Source: Squalus acanthias
Lineage: Eukaryota
Direction of reading: 5' to 3'
Length of the DNA stretch: 64,000 nucleotides
Assembly: GCA_030390025.1 (NCBI GenBank)
Contig: CM059447.1
Span: forward strand, 23,126,001 to 23,190,000
Made by a program: the position numbers and the translations under genes. The notes under the pieces are model-generated. The model worked only from the letters and a program-made list of their open reading frames with translations, had not been told where the DNA came from and ran no database searches. Below are positions 39,150-51,400 of this stretch, one piece after another. How positions within the stretch are numbered: position 1 is the first letter of the stretch; each line of letters begins with the position of its first letter.

Positions 39150-41595
39150 TGACATAGAAATGCCTCACAGCACAATGAATTACCTTTGGAATGCGATGTT
39201 TATTGTGTGAGCAAATGCAGCAACCATTCTGTGTCATCAACATCCTACAAATGGCAATGAAATAAATAAACAGTTGTATTTTGGTAGTATTAGTTGAAAG
39301 CAATGCTCGTTTCTGTAGCAGATTATACACTGACGTACTGGTGTGGAATTCAAAGCCATAACCTTTTGACACAAACCAATGTACAATACTGATCTGATTA
39401 GTATGTACATGGTACGGCACCATCAACTGTAATGGGAGTTAAACAAGTGAAAGATAACTCAAGGGTGGAAAAGTTGACATTTCAATGGTGGCCATGATGT
39501 AATTAGATTATACCACATTTACCACATACGGTTGCCTTCAGGCACAGTCACCAAACTGCTGACCATATAGATTTAAACTTATACATTATCACAAAGAACA
39601 TTGGCGCCAAGTCAAATTACTAAAATTTCCTACCAAACACCGTCGTGGGAGCACCATCATCACAAGGACAATAGCAGTTCAAGAAGGCAGCCTAATATCA
39701 TTTTCTCAGGGTAACTAGAAATGGGCAACAAATGTGACCTCACTAGTCCTACCCACATTTTCAGAACAAATACAGCTGTAAACTGAAAACTAGGTCAACA
39801 GCTTCCATTTTTGTTCATAAATAAATTAAAGAAAGGAACTGTTACCACTCGGACTTAAATCAGAGCTCACACTTCATACATTCAAACGGACTTGCCCCAA
39901 CACACCCTCTGCTCTTCCAATCCTAGGTCTACTGAGAATTCCCTCCGTCCTAACATTAGAGGCAAAACCGTCAGCCGTTTTGCCTCTAGAATCAGGACCT
40001 CTCTTCCTAAACCTCTTGATCGCTCCAACCTGAAAATCCTCAAAACCTGCCTCCTGAACTGCACTTTTGGTAACCTCTCCTCCGACTTGCGTCTATCTAG
40101 TCTAATGCCCAACTGTGAATCACTTTGGGACATTTTGCGACATTAGAAGGCACGACATAAATGCAAAGAGCATATTAGATCAAAGGGCAGAAGTACTGCG
40201 GAAGTGGGAAGAGAATGGACTTATTCTCCTTTTAAAAATTAAAAAATCCCTTTCATTTTATGTAATTTAATGAATAAATCTCACTGACAGGATTGTTCTC
40301 AACACTAAGTGTCAGCTTGACTCAGCTGGTAGCACTCTAGTGTCGAGTCAGAAGTTTGTTGGCTCATGTTATATTCCCAAGACTTCAGCACACAATCTAG
40401 TGCAGTTCTGAGCAAGTGTTGAATCGTTGGAGAGGCTATCTTTCAAATGAGACATTAAATCAAGGATCTGATTCTATAACTTTCCATCCTACCTCGAACC
40501 TTTCAATTTACCAAAAGCATTACACCAGTCACATTTGAATCACAGTAAGAGAAAAATAAAAGAGACACTAAAGAACTCATTGCAGATTTTGTGCACAGGC
40601 CACACCATCTGGAAACACCAACATCAGCAGCAAAGTAACTTGAACAGGGGATCATCTCATGCAATATGCAGAGAAGAGTTTGAGAAGGTTTCAACAACAA
40701 CAACTTTATAGCACCTTTAACATAGTTAAACATCCAAAGGCGCTTCACAGGAGTGTTGTAAAACAAAATTTCAAAGAAGTACTCTTTCACTCCCGCAATT
40801 CCTGCTAAAAGCAACAATAAAAAAGTCCATATTTTAGAGCTAAATGTGTGCATGAAACATGAGTAACTACCCACTCAAGTGTTCTCCCTTTGTATTATTG
40901 GGAAAGTCATTAATTATGGATAAACTTGTACACCAAAAATGAAGCATCTCTGTAAAGCAGGTACAAACACCTTTTTAAAGGTTCTGCATCTTCAAATTGC
41001 AGTCATTAAAGGATTATCTTGACATGTGGCCAATGTAGGATCAGATATTAGTCATGACAGCAACCAGCAAGGAAAATACAACTCTCTACAATGAGAAATC
41101 AAGTGAACAACCCTGAATTTGGAATATAATTCTTGAATCCCTAATATCAACAAAGCTTCACTACACCCCAACAGAGAACCCTAGATTAACACAGAGTGAA
41201 AATGCCACAAGACCCCTCAATTCCACTTTAATTCAGGCTCAGTTATTCTCTACGTGTTGAAGTCTTTCATAGCATAGCACCTTTCATGTCCTCAAGATGT
41301 CCCAAAATGTTTCAAAGTCAATAAATTACATTTCTGAACTGAAGACATTATTGTTTTTGTATGCAAACACAGTGGCCAATTTGCACACAACAATGTCCCA
41401 TGAAGACTAATGAGATATGACCAGTTTGTCTATTTCGGTGCCGTTGGTTGAGGGATGAAGGTTGGCCAAGACACCTGGAGAACTGCTTGCTCTTCTTCAA
41501 AAAGTTGCCATGAGATCTTTTACATCCCCTTGAACTGGCAGATTGGGCCTCGATTTAAAAGTTTGATACAAAAGACACGTCTGTACTGCAATGAA
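39150..41595. mobile_element. Cluster of SINE/LINE fragments: DeuSINE-like (-) 39150-39410, LINE tail 39600-39770, L2 (+) 39890-40165, SINE head (+) 40310-40470, L2 tail (-) 40690-40770, DeuSINE (-) 41270-41595
   Basis: Local similarity to the elements at 26376, 8040-8180 and 33322 in this window. Confidence 0.65.
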
Positions 41596-44149
41596 GAATT
41601 CTTTATAACTTAGCTTTTCACATCAAGAATTATTTTTCACTCTGATCACTTCAGTTTGCTACATGATAATAATGCACTAGCTTTGTGGCGATGGGCACAT
41701 CTTATGGTAAATAGCCTGGTTAAAAGATTCATGTTGCAAAGTTACTGCTTTCAATTAGCTACAGTATGTCTGCTGAACAAATTAGCTAGTTTTATAAGTA
41801 ACAAAAATCAGAAACTCTGGAGAACCTAATTTTAGTCTGGGCTGTAAAGAATTTTGCTATTTCAATGCCCGAAGATGTGTGTGACCATCTGTGGTGACAA
41901 CTAATTACAGCTGTAAACCCTCCTCTATATGGATTATATTTGGCACTGTAAATAGTTAAATAGCGGGAAAAGTAAAATATCAAGTTAATTACATGTAAGT
42001 GAGACAAACCCAGTAACTCACAGGTTACTGTGCGTAGGGCTTCCTGAGAGTAATAAAGTTGGTATCCCACTATGTATTCTGTATATAAAAAGATATTAAA
42101 AAAGACCTAGAGGGTAAATACATAATCTTACAGTGAAGCTGTGCCACTGCCATCTTTGTAATGAAGACTTTATCACAAATAGTATTGCCCAATACATTCT
42201 TGACAGCAGATAAATCAGCACTCTGAACACATTGGACCAGATTTGAGTAAAATAAGACTGCAACAAATAATTCATGTTTTCTCATTTTTATAAAATGATA
42301 CTTCTTTGTTCTACTTCAAGAAATACTACTGGATGATAATGCTCAGAAAGCAAACTTTACTTTTTTAGCCAAGAGCTTAATTGGCAATAGCATTAGTCTG
42401 TGTTACAATAATGGTGTAGCTCCGGCTGAACCAAACATTCCCTGAAACAAGTCTACTTACTGGCGCTTTTTTTTTTTAAAACAAAGAAAATATTTACCAT
42501 AAACTGGTTTCTGACTGCGGAATAGTAAAGCAGTAACTGTTAGAAGGAAGGTTAGAGAGCTATGGCATCAAATGGTACTTTTCCTTCACGCCAATTTAGG
42601 TTTTCAGGCTCAATCCATTCCAAGGGTTTGCAATGTCATGCTGCTATTGATCTGGGGCTAGAGACACTGTACCTCCAGCACAATGTCTAGAGAATTCTGC
42701 GTTCAATATTTTTTTGTGTTTGTTGATTTACTAGTAATCTGTTGCTATATGCAATTAAATAAAAACACATGTTTTCTTTAACAATAGCACTCTTTCATTT
42801 GAGCAGTGATAGATCATCTTTAGAAAGTTCGGACAAGGGTCCCAAGGGTGTCTGCATTTGCAGGGAGGGTCCCCAAAGAAAAGTTTGATATAGAATATAA
42901 ATTATGGAATTCAGAATAATAATTTGGTCCTTTAACCTTTTCTCCATATCTATAACAAAACTCTACTCCCCCACCCCCCACCAATGACAAGACTTTCACA
43001 GTGAAAGGTCCTCAAAAACTTTGAACAGAGATCACACCTGCAATGGTCCATTAGTAATATTAATTCATGAGTGTGAATGAATACCAACTCCCAAGTACCC
43101 ATTTCACCTGCCATTCAGATTCTGTTTCAGACCAATGAAGTCACAAACACATGGCTGGAGACCAGATTGTCTTATTTAAATTATTTGTTTATAGTGCTCC
43201 TTCTGAATTTCCATAGGTACAATGACATTTTACATGTTTTCAGTTTTGACTCAAACCTGTACATTACTTCTATTCAGCCAATGCTGCATAGCACCAGAGT
43301 GCTCTGTATTACTTTGAGAATATTTGGTGCAATAGTATTCTTTTAATTATCTACCTTCAGGTAGTTATATTGAGCCATACTGATTCATGAATGCATGTAA
43401 AAGTATTAAATTTGACAGATTTTTGATACAAAGAGGATTTAAAATACTTTGCTTACTAGAACACACAATTTTGCTTACTAGAACTCACAATAGTTAATCA
43501 GTCAATGGCCTTACAGTATTTTAACTCTAAATTAGTATTTTCATTGCACTGTATTTAATATTTGGTTTCCAAGGTAATCCATTAATTCCTGCCCAGAATT
43601 GACATCTATAATACACTTAATTTACTCCCATTAATTTTACAGTTAACATTACTCTAGACAGATTAGGACATTAACTTAGTAACAGGCATCAACACATTCT
43701 TGATTACAGGACTAAAATTTAAGCCAATCAATAGAATACAGGAGGAGGAACACTAAATTTCCATTTCTTCAAGAAATATCAAGTTTTACAGAACACCAAA
43801 GACAGTATAGATTCTTAAAATGCTACTAATGGCATTTTGTTGCTGTGCTCACAACTAACCAACAAAATGCAACAATGATGGTTAAACTACAAAAATTACA
43901 TACTCAATAAAAACTGCATGTGCTTCATGAAGGTCCTGCACTACCAAATGTATCTCACTTCAAAGAAAGGGATTGAGCAAGGACCCAAGGTGCCCCTATA
44001 GAAAGGGAATTATTCTGGGTAGGTGATTTACTTTTTAAAATAAACTCAACATATTAAAGGAAAAGACAGCCATTATATTTTTAGTTACCTTCTCCAGCAT
44101 GGAGGTTGGTTTTTAATGTGATGCCAGTAAGTATGGCCCAACTGAGTGG

Positions 44150-44500
44150 AATTTTATTTCTCCCTCCCTTTATCTCCTTAGATAGCGACTCCTTGCTGGA
44201 TTACTGTTGCATAGCCACCAGGCACTCTCCCGCATCTCACTTAATTACTTGGCCATTACTTGACGGCGAGTGTTGTCAAGCTATTTGACCAGTCGGGTCA
44301 TACAACCGAGCCCAATCCCCAAATCTACACCTGCAGATAGTGATCAGAATTGGGAACCCTGGCCAAATTTCCTTTCTATAACCCAAGGGCGCGGAGGCAC
44401 ATTGCAGCAAACCAACCTGAGACATCAGCTAACTCAGTGCAGAGTGGGTACTGAACTTGGAACATTCCTAATCTGTATAGTTCAACTGCTCACTGATCCA
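44150..44500 (-). mobile_element. tRNA-derived SINE, family unassigned
   Basis: Similar along its length to 47740-48110 (gatagtgatcag..., gagacatcagctaactcag); Pol III-like head on the minus strand. Confidence 0.55.
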
Positions 44501-46123
44501 GCAGGGAAACATTTCATGTATAATTTTTATCCACACAAAATTCTTGAACACAAAGCAGTTTACAGTACACCCAAGCCGGTGAGTTCAATTTCTAGGAATA
44601 ACTTTAGATCTCATAAGGAATGTGACAGTTTGCCCTGCTTTTTCTGATTGCTGTGCTTATATACTGTATTATACCAAACACTGATTAAATATATTTGTGG
44701 GAAATGGCCAACAACTTCCTTAAACCTCTCATTATTTACTACAATTCTGCAGGAATGAGTGACCTTGTTTCAGGAAATGATATCAGCTTATTTGGATTTT
44801 TGGCAGATTTCACAAATCACATCTACTACACTTCCTACATTTGCAATATTTTTGGAATGATATTAAATACTGAAAGTTGAAATTTAAAAAAGAGGTTTAC
44901 TTAATCTAAACAATTTATAAATCTCAATGCTAAGTTAGAGATCTCTGAAATGCATTCATTTTTGGAACACTTCCTACATATCGGGCAATATCTATGACGT
45001 TTGTAAAAACGATTGGTGCCAAATGCACGTTGTTGCCAAATACAAGTTGCTGCAAAGATTCACAAAAAAAAGACAGATTTAAAAAAAAAATCTGCTATAT
45101 ACATATGCAAGAAAAAAATTCCAAAGATGGGTATTTAAACACATTATACAAAAACCATGTTTCTGCACTACCTACAAAAACACAGTTCTGGTATAGAACA
45201 TAGACAAGTCCGACCCACATTTACATTGACCTCACTGTGGGTTTTTGTATTCATAATTGTATGCGCCAAACATTACTACAAGCAAATGAACGAACGTTTC
45301 AGAAACTTAAAAACCTTTCGGCCCTCAAAAAGGATTAAAATACGCTGCATATATATTTTAAATCGTTTATTCTATTATAATTAGAGACAAATATATATAT
45401 ATATTCAAAGCTGGAACAAGTCACTACACCGCAGCTGTTCTCAAAAGGAACATTCCACCTCCGAAGCCATCAAGATGATAAAGTACAGTATGGAGCTGCG
45501 TGCAGAGCAACGTGGGCAGCGATCCAAAAATGCCAGCGCTTTGGCACTACAACAGGAACCAGTAAACACTTGAGCTCAGCACCACGCAAAAGAACAGAAA
45601 TAACAATTACTCCTGAACCACTACGAATCCACAGAAACTTCAGAAAATTCCTTTCTGTACCAAACAAGAAAAGAAAACGCATTTTCCAATGTGAAATATC
45701 TTAATCAAAATGTCTCAGACTTTAATTTCACGTTGCAGTGGCTTGTAAATTTGCAAACAAGCTCCGCATTTCATTGCGGTGCTGCTGTCATTTCGTCCAA
45801 TTACACTGGGATTGAATAGCGCTTTTTCCATCACTCGATTTTAAACCTTGCCGCAACGGATTGAGCGATCCTCAAGTCCAGCTTTGCGAAGGGAGAAGGT
45901 ACACTCCAACCCTAGCTGCACTGACCTCTCTCTTCCACTGGCCGGCTGAAACCCAGCCGACAGCCTTTGCCATTTCATGCCGATTTACTTAACTCTGCGC
46001 TGACAGCTCCTCAAAGATATACCTTTAATTGAATCCATCGCTAACATTTAAACCCGCCTTGCAAGATATACCGTGCGCCACTCTCAACATTAAAAAAAGG
46101 CAACACGCAATCATCTTACTTAC

Positions 46124-46171
46124 CTTTTAATTTCTTCCTGAGGCTCTTTGGCAGCTTTAAACTCGGGTTCT
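46124..46171 (-). CDS. TNRC6C: TNRC6C coding exon 2 (48 nt; R-EPEFKAAKEPQEEIK-S)
   Basis: cctttcag|AGAACCCGAG...GAAATTAAAAG|gtaagt. Consensus splice sites, phase 2/2, similar in size and sequence to TNRC6A exon 2 (RELEAKATKDVERNLSR). Confidence 0.85.
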
Positions 46172-46484
46172 CTGAAAGGATCGGGGGGGGGGGGGGGGAA
46201 AGAGAAGAGAAAAGGGGGGGGGGGGGGAGGGAAAGAAAAGCCTTTTTAAAGACCCATCAATTTGGCAGACCGTCCAACAGCCAGACTCTGCAAACACGCA
46301 ACACCGGCTGACAGCTGCAGTCAGGATCGCTCAAGCGACGGGAAGCGGCCGCGAGTTGTACACAAACACAAGGGGAAAGGAAGCAGTAGCAGCGCCCGCC
46401 CGCCTCAAACCCACACCAGCAGCCCCCAGACAGCACAACACACACACAATCAGCCCTAGCAACGGCACAGCCACAGCTACAAAC

Positions 46485-46489
46485 CTCAT
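46485..46489 (-). CDS. TNRC6C: TNRC6C (GW182 family) coding exon 1: start codon ATG AG
   Basis: Minus strand reads actttaaattg ATGAG|gtttgt. TNRC6A/B also start with an 'MR' split by a phase-2 intron. Joins in frame to 46171. Confidence 0.8.
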
Positions 46490-46604
46490 CAATTTAAAGT
46501 GCAAATAGAAGGGAAAATATCCAACAGCCGAGACAAAACAACGTCAGAGGAGGAGGGGGGGGAGGGAAAAGTTGAGCTACTTTCTCTCTCTCTCTCTCCC
46601 CCGG

Positions 46605-46640
46605 TCAGTAAATTGTTGATAACGGTGCTTCAGCAGCCAT
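46605..46640 (-). other. Upstream ORF (MAAEAPLSTIY*) in the probable 5' UTR
   Basis: acaaaATGGCTGCTGAAGCACCGTTATCAACAATTTACTGA with A at -3 and G at +4. Stop lies 115 nt before the main ATG. TSS position is not known. Confidence 0.55.
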
Positions 46641-47739
46641 TTTGTTATAACTGACAAGAGAAGGCTAATCTCGCTGAGGAAACGACCTCTGACCCTGTCT
46701 GGCTGACATGTGATCACAACTAAACATCACCCCCCCCTCCCCGCGCGCTTCCCTCCTCGCGCCCAACCGTCCCGCCTCTCCGTGTTGCCACGGCAACCGC
46801 TCTGACCTATCGCTTCGGTGCCAGCGCATCACATGATCGCAACACAACCCCCCCACCACACTCTTTTTTTTAAATCCTCGACTGGGCTGAGATTAGATGT
46901 CTTCAGGCAGGTGGGATTCTCAGACTTCCCTACCATCCCCTAACCGCGTAAACCGGGCGGGGACCAGCCATAATGACACAGGTAAACAGCTGGGGGGGGG
47001 GAGGCAAAAACCACGCAATAAAACTTTCAAAAACAGATCGCTCTCTTGGAGGCCCGCCTGAAATTTCTTTCCGGTTGCCAAATCCAACCAATCCGGTGAG
47101 CGGCCATTGCGTCACGTGACCACCTCCCCGTCCTCGCTTGTTGCTCCGGCAACCAGTCTGCCCAATCATCTATAAAAGCCAGCCACAAACAAGCCTGTCC
47201 TCAACATATACAAATGACCTAGTAATTGTCAATTGTACATGATCTGATACAGCTCGACTTCATCTGCTTAATAGGTACAGAGCTTATCTAATTTGACCTA
47301 GTGAAATAACCCAATCAAAATCAAATATATTATAGCTGAATTGGCACTCTACTGTGCAGCAGCAGTAAATATCATTCGGAAATACAGTTTCCATTCCATT
47401 CTCCTCTGATCAGACCTCTGATAGCCTGCACTTGGATTTGTAAAATACAAAGTATTTTTCTTTCAAAACAATAAAGTTACATAACATTTCTCTTACAGAT
47501 CACTGGGTTGCCTTTGTTGATTTAAAAAAAACTAATGTAACATTCACAGCAAAACCTGTGTGATCAAAGTGCCAGACAATATGAGTGGAGTTTCTGTAAT
47601 GAGATGTTCCAAGAGTTTAGGCAAAAAGACTCCACTAAGTACTGATAATAGTTCTTTGAATTTTAAAAGAATCAGAATGATTCGATTGAACTTTTAATTC
47701 AGATTTTTAAAGAGAACCATTTCTCACTGATCTTCAGCC

Positions 47740-48110
47740 CTCCCTTCATCTCCTCTCTGGAAGGCATTGACTCCTTCCTGGGGTATGGTTCTACAGGTCC
47801 CAACCACACCCCAGTACTTCACACAGGTGATCATTACGCATATGAACCTTGGCAGTCAATGTGAGCAGACTATTCAATCGCAGGGGCAGCATAGCCAAGC
47901 TCAACACTATGATCATACTTGTGCACTGGATTGCTGGATAGTGATCAGGAGCAAAAACCTAAGCACTCCCTAACCCATAAGTGCTGAGGCTAATTGTAGC
48001 ACCCTGATTACACTACCCTGGCTGAGATCAAGTAATTCAGCATATGCCAGGGCTTTGGGATCCTTCTGCTCTGTCTGGCTCAGCTACTCACAGAATAAAC
48101 TCACTGCCAT
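47740..48110 (-). mobile_element. tRNA-derived SINE, same family as 44150-44500
   Basis: ggatagtgatcaggagc...ggctgagatcaagtaattcagc. Confidence 0.55.
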
Positions 48111-48115
48111 TGTAG

Positions 48116-48404
48116 AGTCCAAAAATGTGCGGGTTAGGTTGATTTGGCTATGATAAAATTGACTCTTAGTGTTAGGGGGGGATTAAATATGTGGGGTTAC
48201 GGGGATAGGGTGGGATATGTTAGGGGGAATTAAATACGTGGGGTTACGGGGGTAGGGTGGGATATGTGTACTGTGGGGATTAAAGCAGGGACAGGGTACT
48301 GGATTTGAATGATCAGCCATGATCGTATTGAATGGTGGAGCAGGCTCGACGGGCCGAATGGCCTACTCCTGCTCCTAGATTCTATGTTTCTATGTTTCTA
48401 TGTT
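48116..48404 (+). mobile_element. 5'-truncated HE1-type SINE
   Basis: Near-identical to about 28178-28455; ttctatgt repeats in the tail. Confidence 0.9.
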
Positions 48405-51400
48405 TAACTTAAATTTTTTTTTGAAAATAATTTTAGCTCCACGCATATCATGACTTACTCCCTGACAGAGTGAGCACATGACCTCCTCCAAACCTTCTGC
48501 CAACAACCATCTTGACCCCTGCCTTGCAGGGAATGATGGCTTGTGACTTTGTACAAAGAGCTGAGACCTGAGCTCTGTAATGTCATTAACTGTAAATAAA
48601 ATGTTCAAAATAAACCAAAAAACAACCATCTTGAATTGGCTGCTAAAAGGTGCCCAAAAACAGTCCCAAGATTACTTTCTTTGCAATTTCTCATTCTCTT
48701 CCTTATTACCACCCACCCAAACACAAATGCACCATGTGAGAGTCACAGATGTGAACCGACAGATCTGATTTGCACTGTGCCACCAGGCTAGCAACCTTCT
48801 TATTGGCTTGGGAATGAAGTTACCGATAGCAGGTAGGGGTTCCTCACAGAATATGTCTGTTAGTCACCATTGATTTTCACAAGAGTTTATTTGTAAAGTG
48901 CTTAAAAAATAATATTTTTTTCAATTTTGTCCCAGCTGAGATTTATTGAATTCATTGTAAAATCTCAGTGGGGAACTGTTTTTTTTTAAGTCTTCTGAAC
49001 ACACTAAGTGGACAAGGTACGCTAAAGTCAATGCTGACTGGTGGACATTCTCCCAAAGGATCCCCTTGACTAACATCAGTGAAGTGCATCTGCTTCACTT
49101 CTTGATTGAAATGTCGCTCTAGGCTGTACAGAGGAGACCTTCTGCTAAGGATTTATCCGAAAAGAAATGTCACTTTAAATATAAATATGTGGTATAGTTA
49201 TGGAAGTAAGTGGTTTACGTTATCTTTACACCTAAAGATACTTTCTCCATTAAGTGTATAGCTGTGTATTTTAACTGGTAAAAGTGCTTTAGTGACTTTT
49301 TATGCTTTATTTAAATTATTATGAAATAGACTTTGGTAACTTTTTTTTCCCCAACCTTAAAAAAAACAAAGTGCTTTTTAATAATAACGTCCCTCCTTTA
49401 TTTTTAGCTTAGGGCCATCAAAAGTGTAAAGATGAAAGTGTACTATATACAAAAGTATCTTACAAATGTGATTATTTTATGAACTAGTGACATTTTATTG
49501 GATTTTACTGATAATGGAAACCATTTTAGATATCTGCATGAAAGAGAGAAGATATTTAATTACAAATAAAATTACATTCCCATTGAGCCACTATAAGCAC
49601 TGTGAATGGCTAGCACAGCATGGTAGAACCTCATGTACACTCTCTGAGAATGTGAATTTTAGAATCTGGATTGTGTTCTCGAGAACCTGTGTGTGTTGAC
49701 TCCACCTACTGCTGGTGCAACTAACTGTCAATTTAAGTTTAAAGATGATTCAAAATATAGTTAGTGGTTTAGATCAATTTTTTTTAAATGAACTTATAAA
49801 CAGAAACAGATTTTTGCATAAATTTGGATCTAATTGCAAAATTAGCTCAAAGATTTGCATATCTTTTTAATGTTTTGAACACAATGTTAAAAATAATTAT
49901 TGACATCATAAAACTCTTGATATACAGACACCTTTTTGTTTATTGTGTAAATAATCATTGTATTCTATTTGCTGGCTGAGTTAAAATCATTCAGCTTTCA
50001 CAATAGGAAATTAAATGTTGCTGGGAAGATATACAAAAAGGGATCAAGTGAAAAAGCAGCAATTGTTTTTAAGATGTCAATGTAGGCAAAGAAAAGCAAG
50101 CCAGATTCCAAGCTCATGGGACAACTTTAAAAATAAGCTGCAGCACTGGCATGGTAGTATCATGCATTTGTGCTCCACCTAGCTATTCCTTGGAGTGGTG
50201 GTTCAAGTTTCCAATTCCCACAGCAAATTCCTGAATTTTGGGTACACCATCAGTGGAAAGAATCAAATGCAAGCTAACGACTTCTTCACAGTAAAGAAAG
50301 GAAAGATGGAGCATGACTGTCTGCCAGGTGTTTTAAGAGTGGCACTGATAGACAGTTAGTGACAAGCTGCCTGTCTTCTTCATCAGAATAGTGCAAGACA
50401 CACTAAGACCTAAAAAGAGGGTAGGATGAAAAAATTAATAATGGGAAAATTAATCAATAAAAGCCTACAATAAAACTCACCTGTATTAGTGGAAGAGGCA
50501 AACTCAAATGATCAAAATTCAATATCAGTAACAGCAAATTTCAAAAAGTATATATATTCTCATTCTAAATAAACAATGTTTTTAAATACAATTGAAGGAA
50601 TTTACGATTGAAATACGCAAACTCATAATGCCAAGAATGCACACTTAAAATAAATTGCAAGTTACTGTGTACCATATTTCACTGATTTGCTGGGACTTAA
50701 AAGTCTCATATAAAGTATCTATATAGCACAATATTTCTTACCTGAAGAGATAAAGCTGGAGAAAAATGTTCTGATTCAAAATTAATTTATCTCTTTACTC
50801 AGACATATCACCAATTGACACTAGTGACTGCACTGTTACCATTCAGTTTCAACAAATTAAAGCGAAGAAACCTCAAGGAGTTCTCCAGTCGAACAAGGTT
50901 AGATGATATCTGGATCCATATAATATTTCTAAATTAGGCAAACATGTAGCTTGCAGGAGCTAGGTATTGTTTGTTGTGTTCAATTGTGCTGGGTGAATGC
51001 ATTAGCTGAACTGATTTCTAATTCTTCTAAGGGCACTGCAGGGATTCCACAGAGACCAACACATTCATAAATAGAAAACAACTGTCTAGCAGGAATAAGA
51101 GGTGGCACACAGCAATGCCAATGCAATGTAGACAAGCTGGTTACTGCCTATTTGATAAGATAAAGCCCTCTAATGTTTGAATGATAGCCTGCACCTCTCA
51201 CATGACTATCCCTATCTATTATAGATTACCAATGCAGCTTCTGTTCCCTCTGCAACTAATGAACAAGCACTAAAATCAATAACTGCAAAATGTGGATTTG
51301 TGTGCTTGCTTTGCAACAAACAGTAAATGGTATGCAGGCAGCAGAATGCTCAGATGGGGGTGGGCTGCATGAACCCCCAGAGGCCACTGTATTTGTCATT

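Larger units (their letters stand above)
46200..47200 (-). promoter_or_regulatory. CpG-rich promoter, 5' UTR and first intron of TNRC6C
   Basis: Non-repeat CpG/GC enrichment around exon 1. YY1-type AAAATGGC at about 46636-46643 (-); X-boxes GTTGCCACGGCAAC 46784-46797 and GTTGCTCCGGCAAC 47140-47153; GTCACGTGAC 47111-47120; CCAAT near 47088 and 47162. Confidence 0.8.

Noticed and set aside
44089-44100. Alternative first exon ATG CTG GAG AAG|gtaact on the minus strand
   Set aside because: Phase 0 would hit TGA at the start of exon 3; it sits beside a SINE and has no promoter features.
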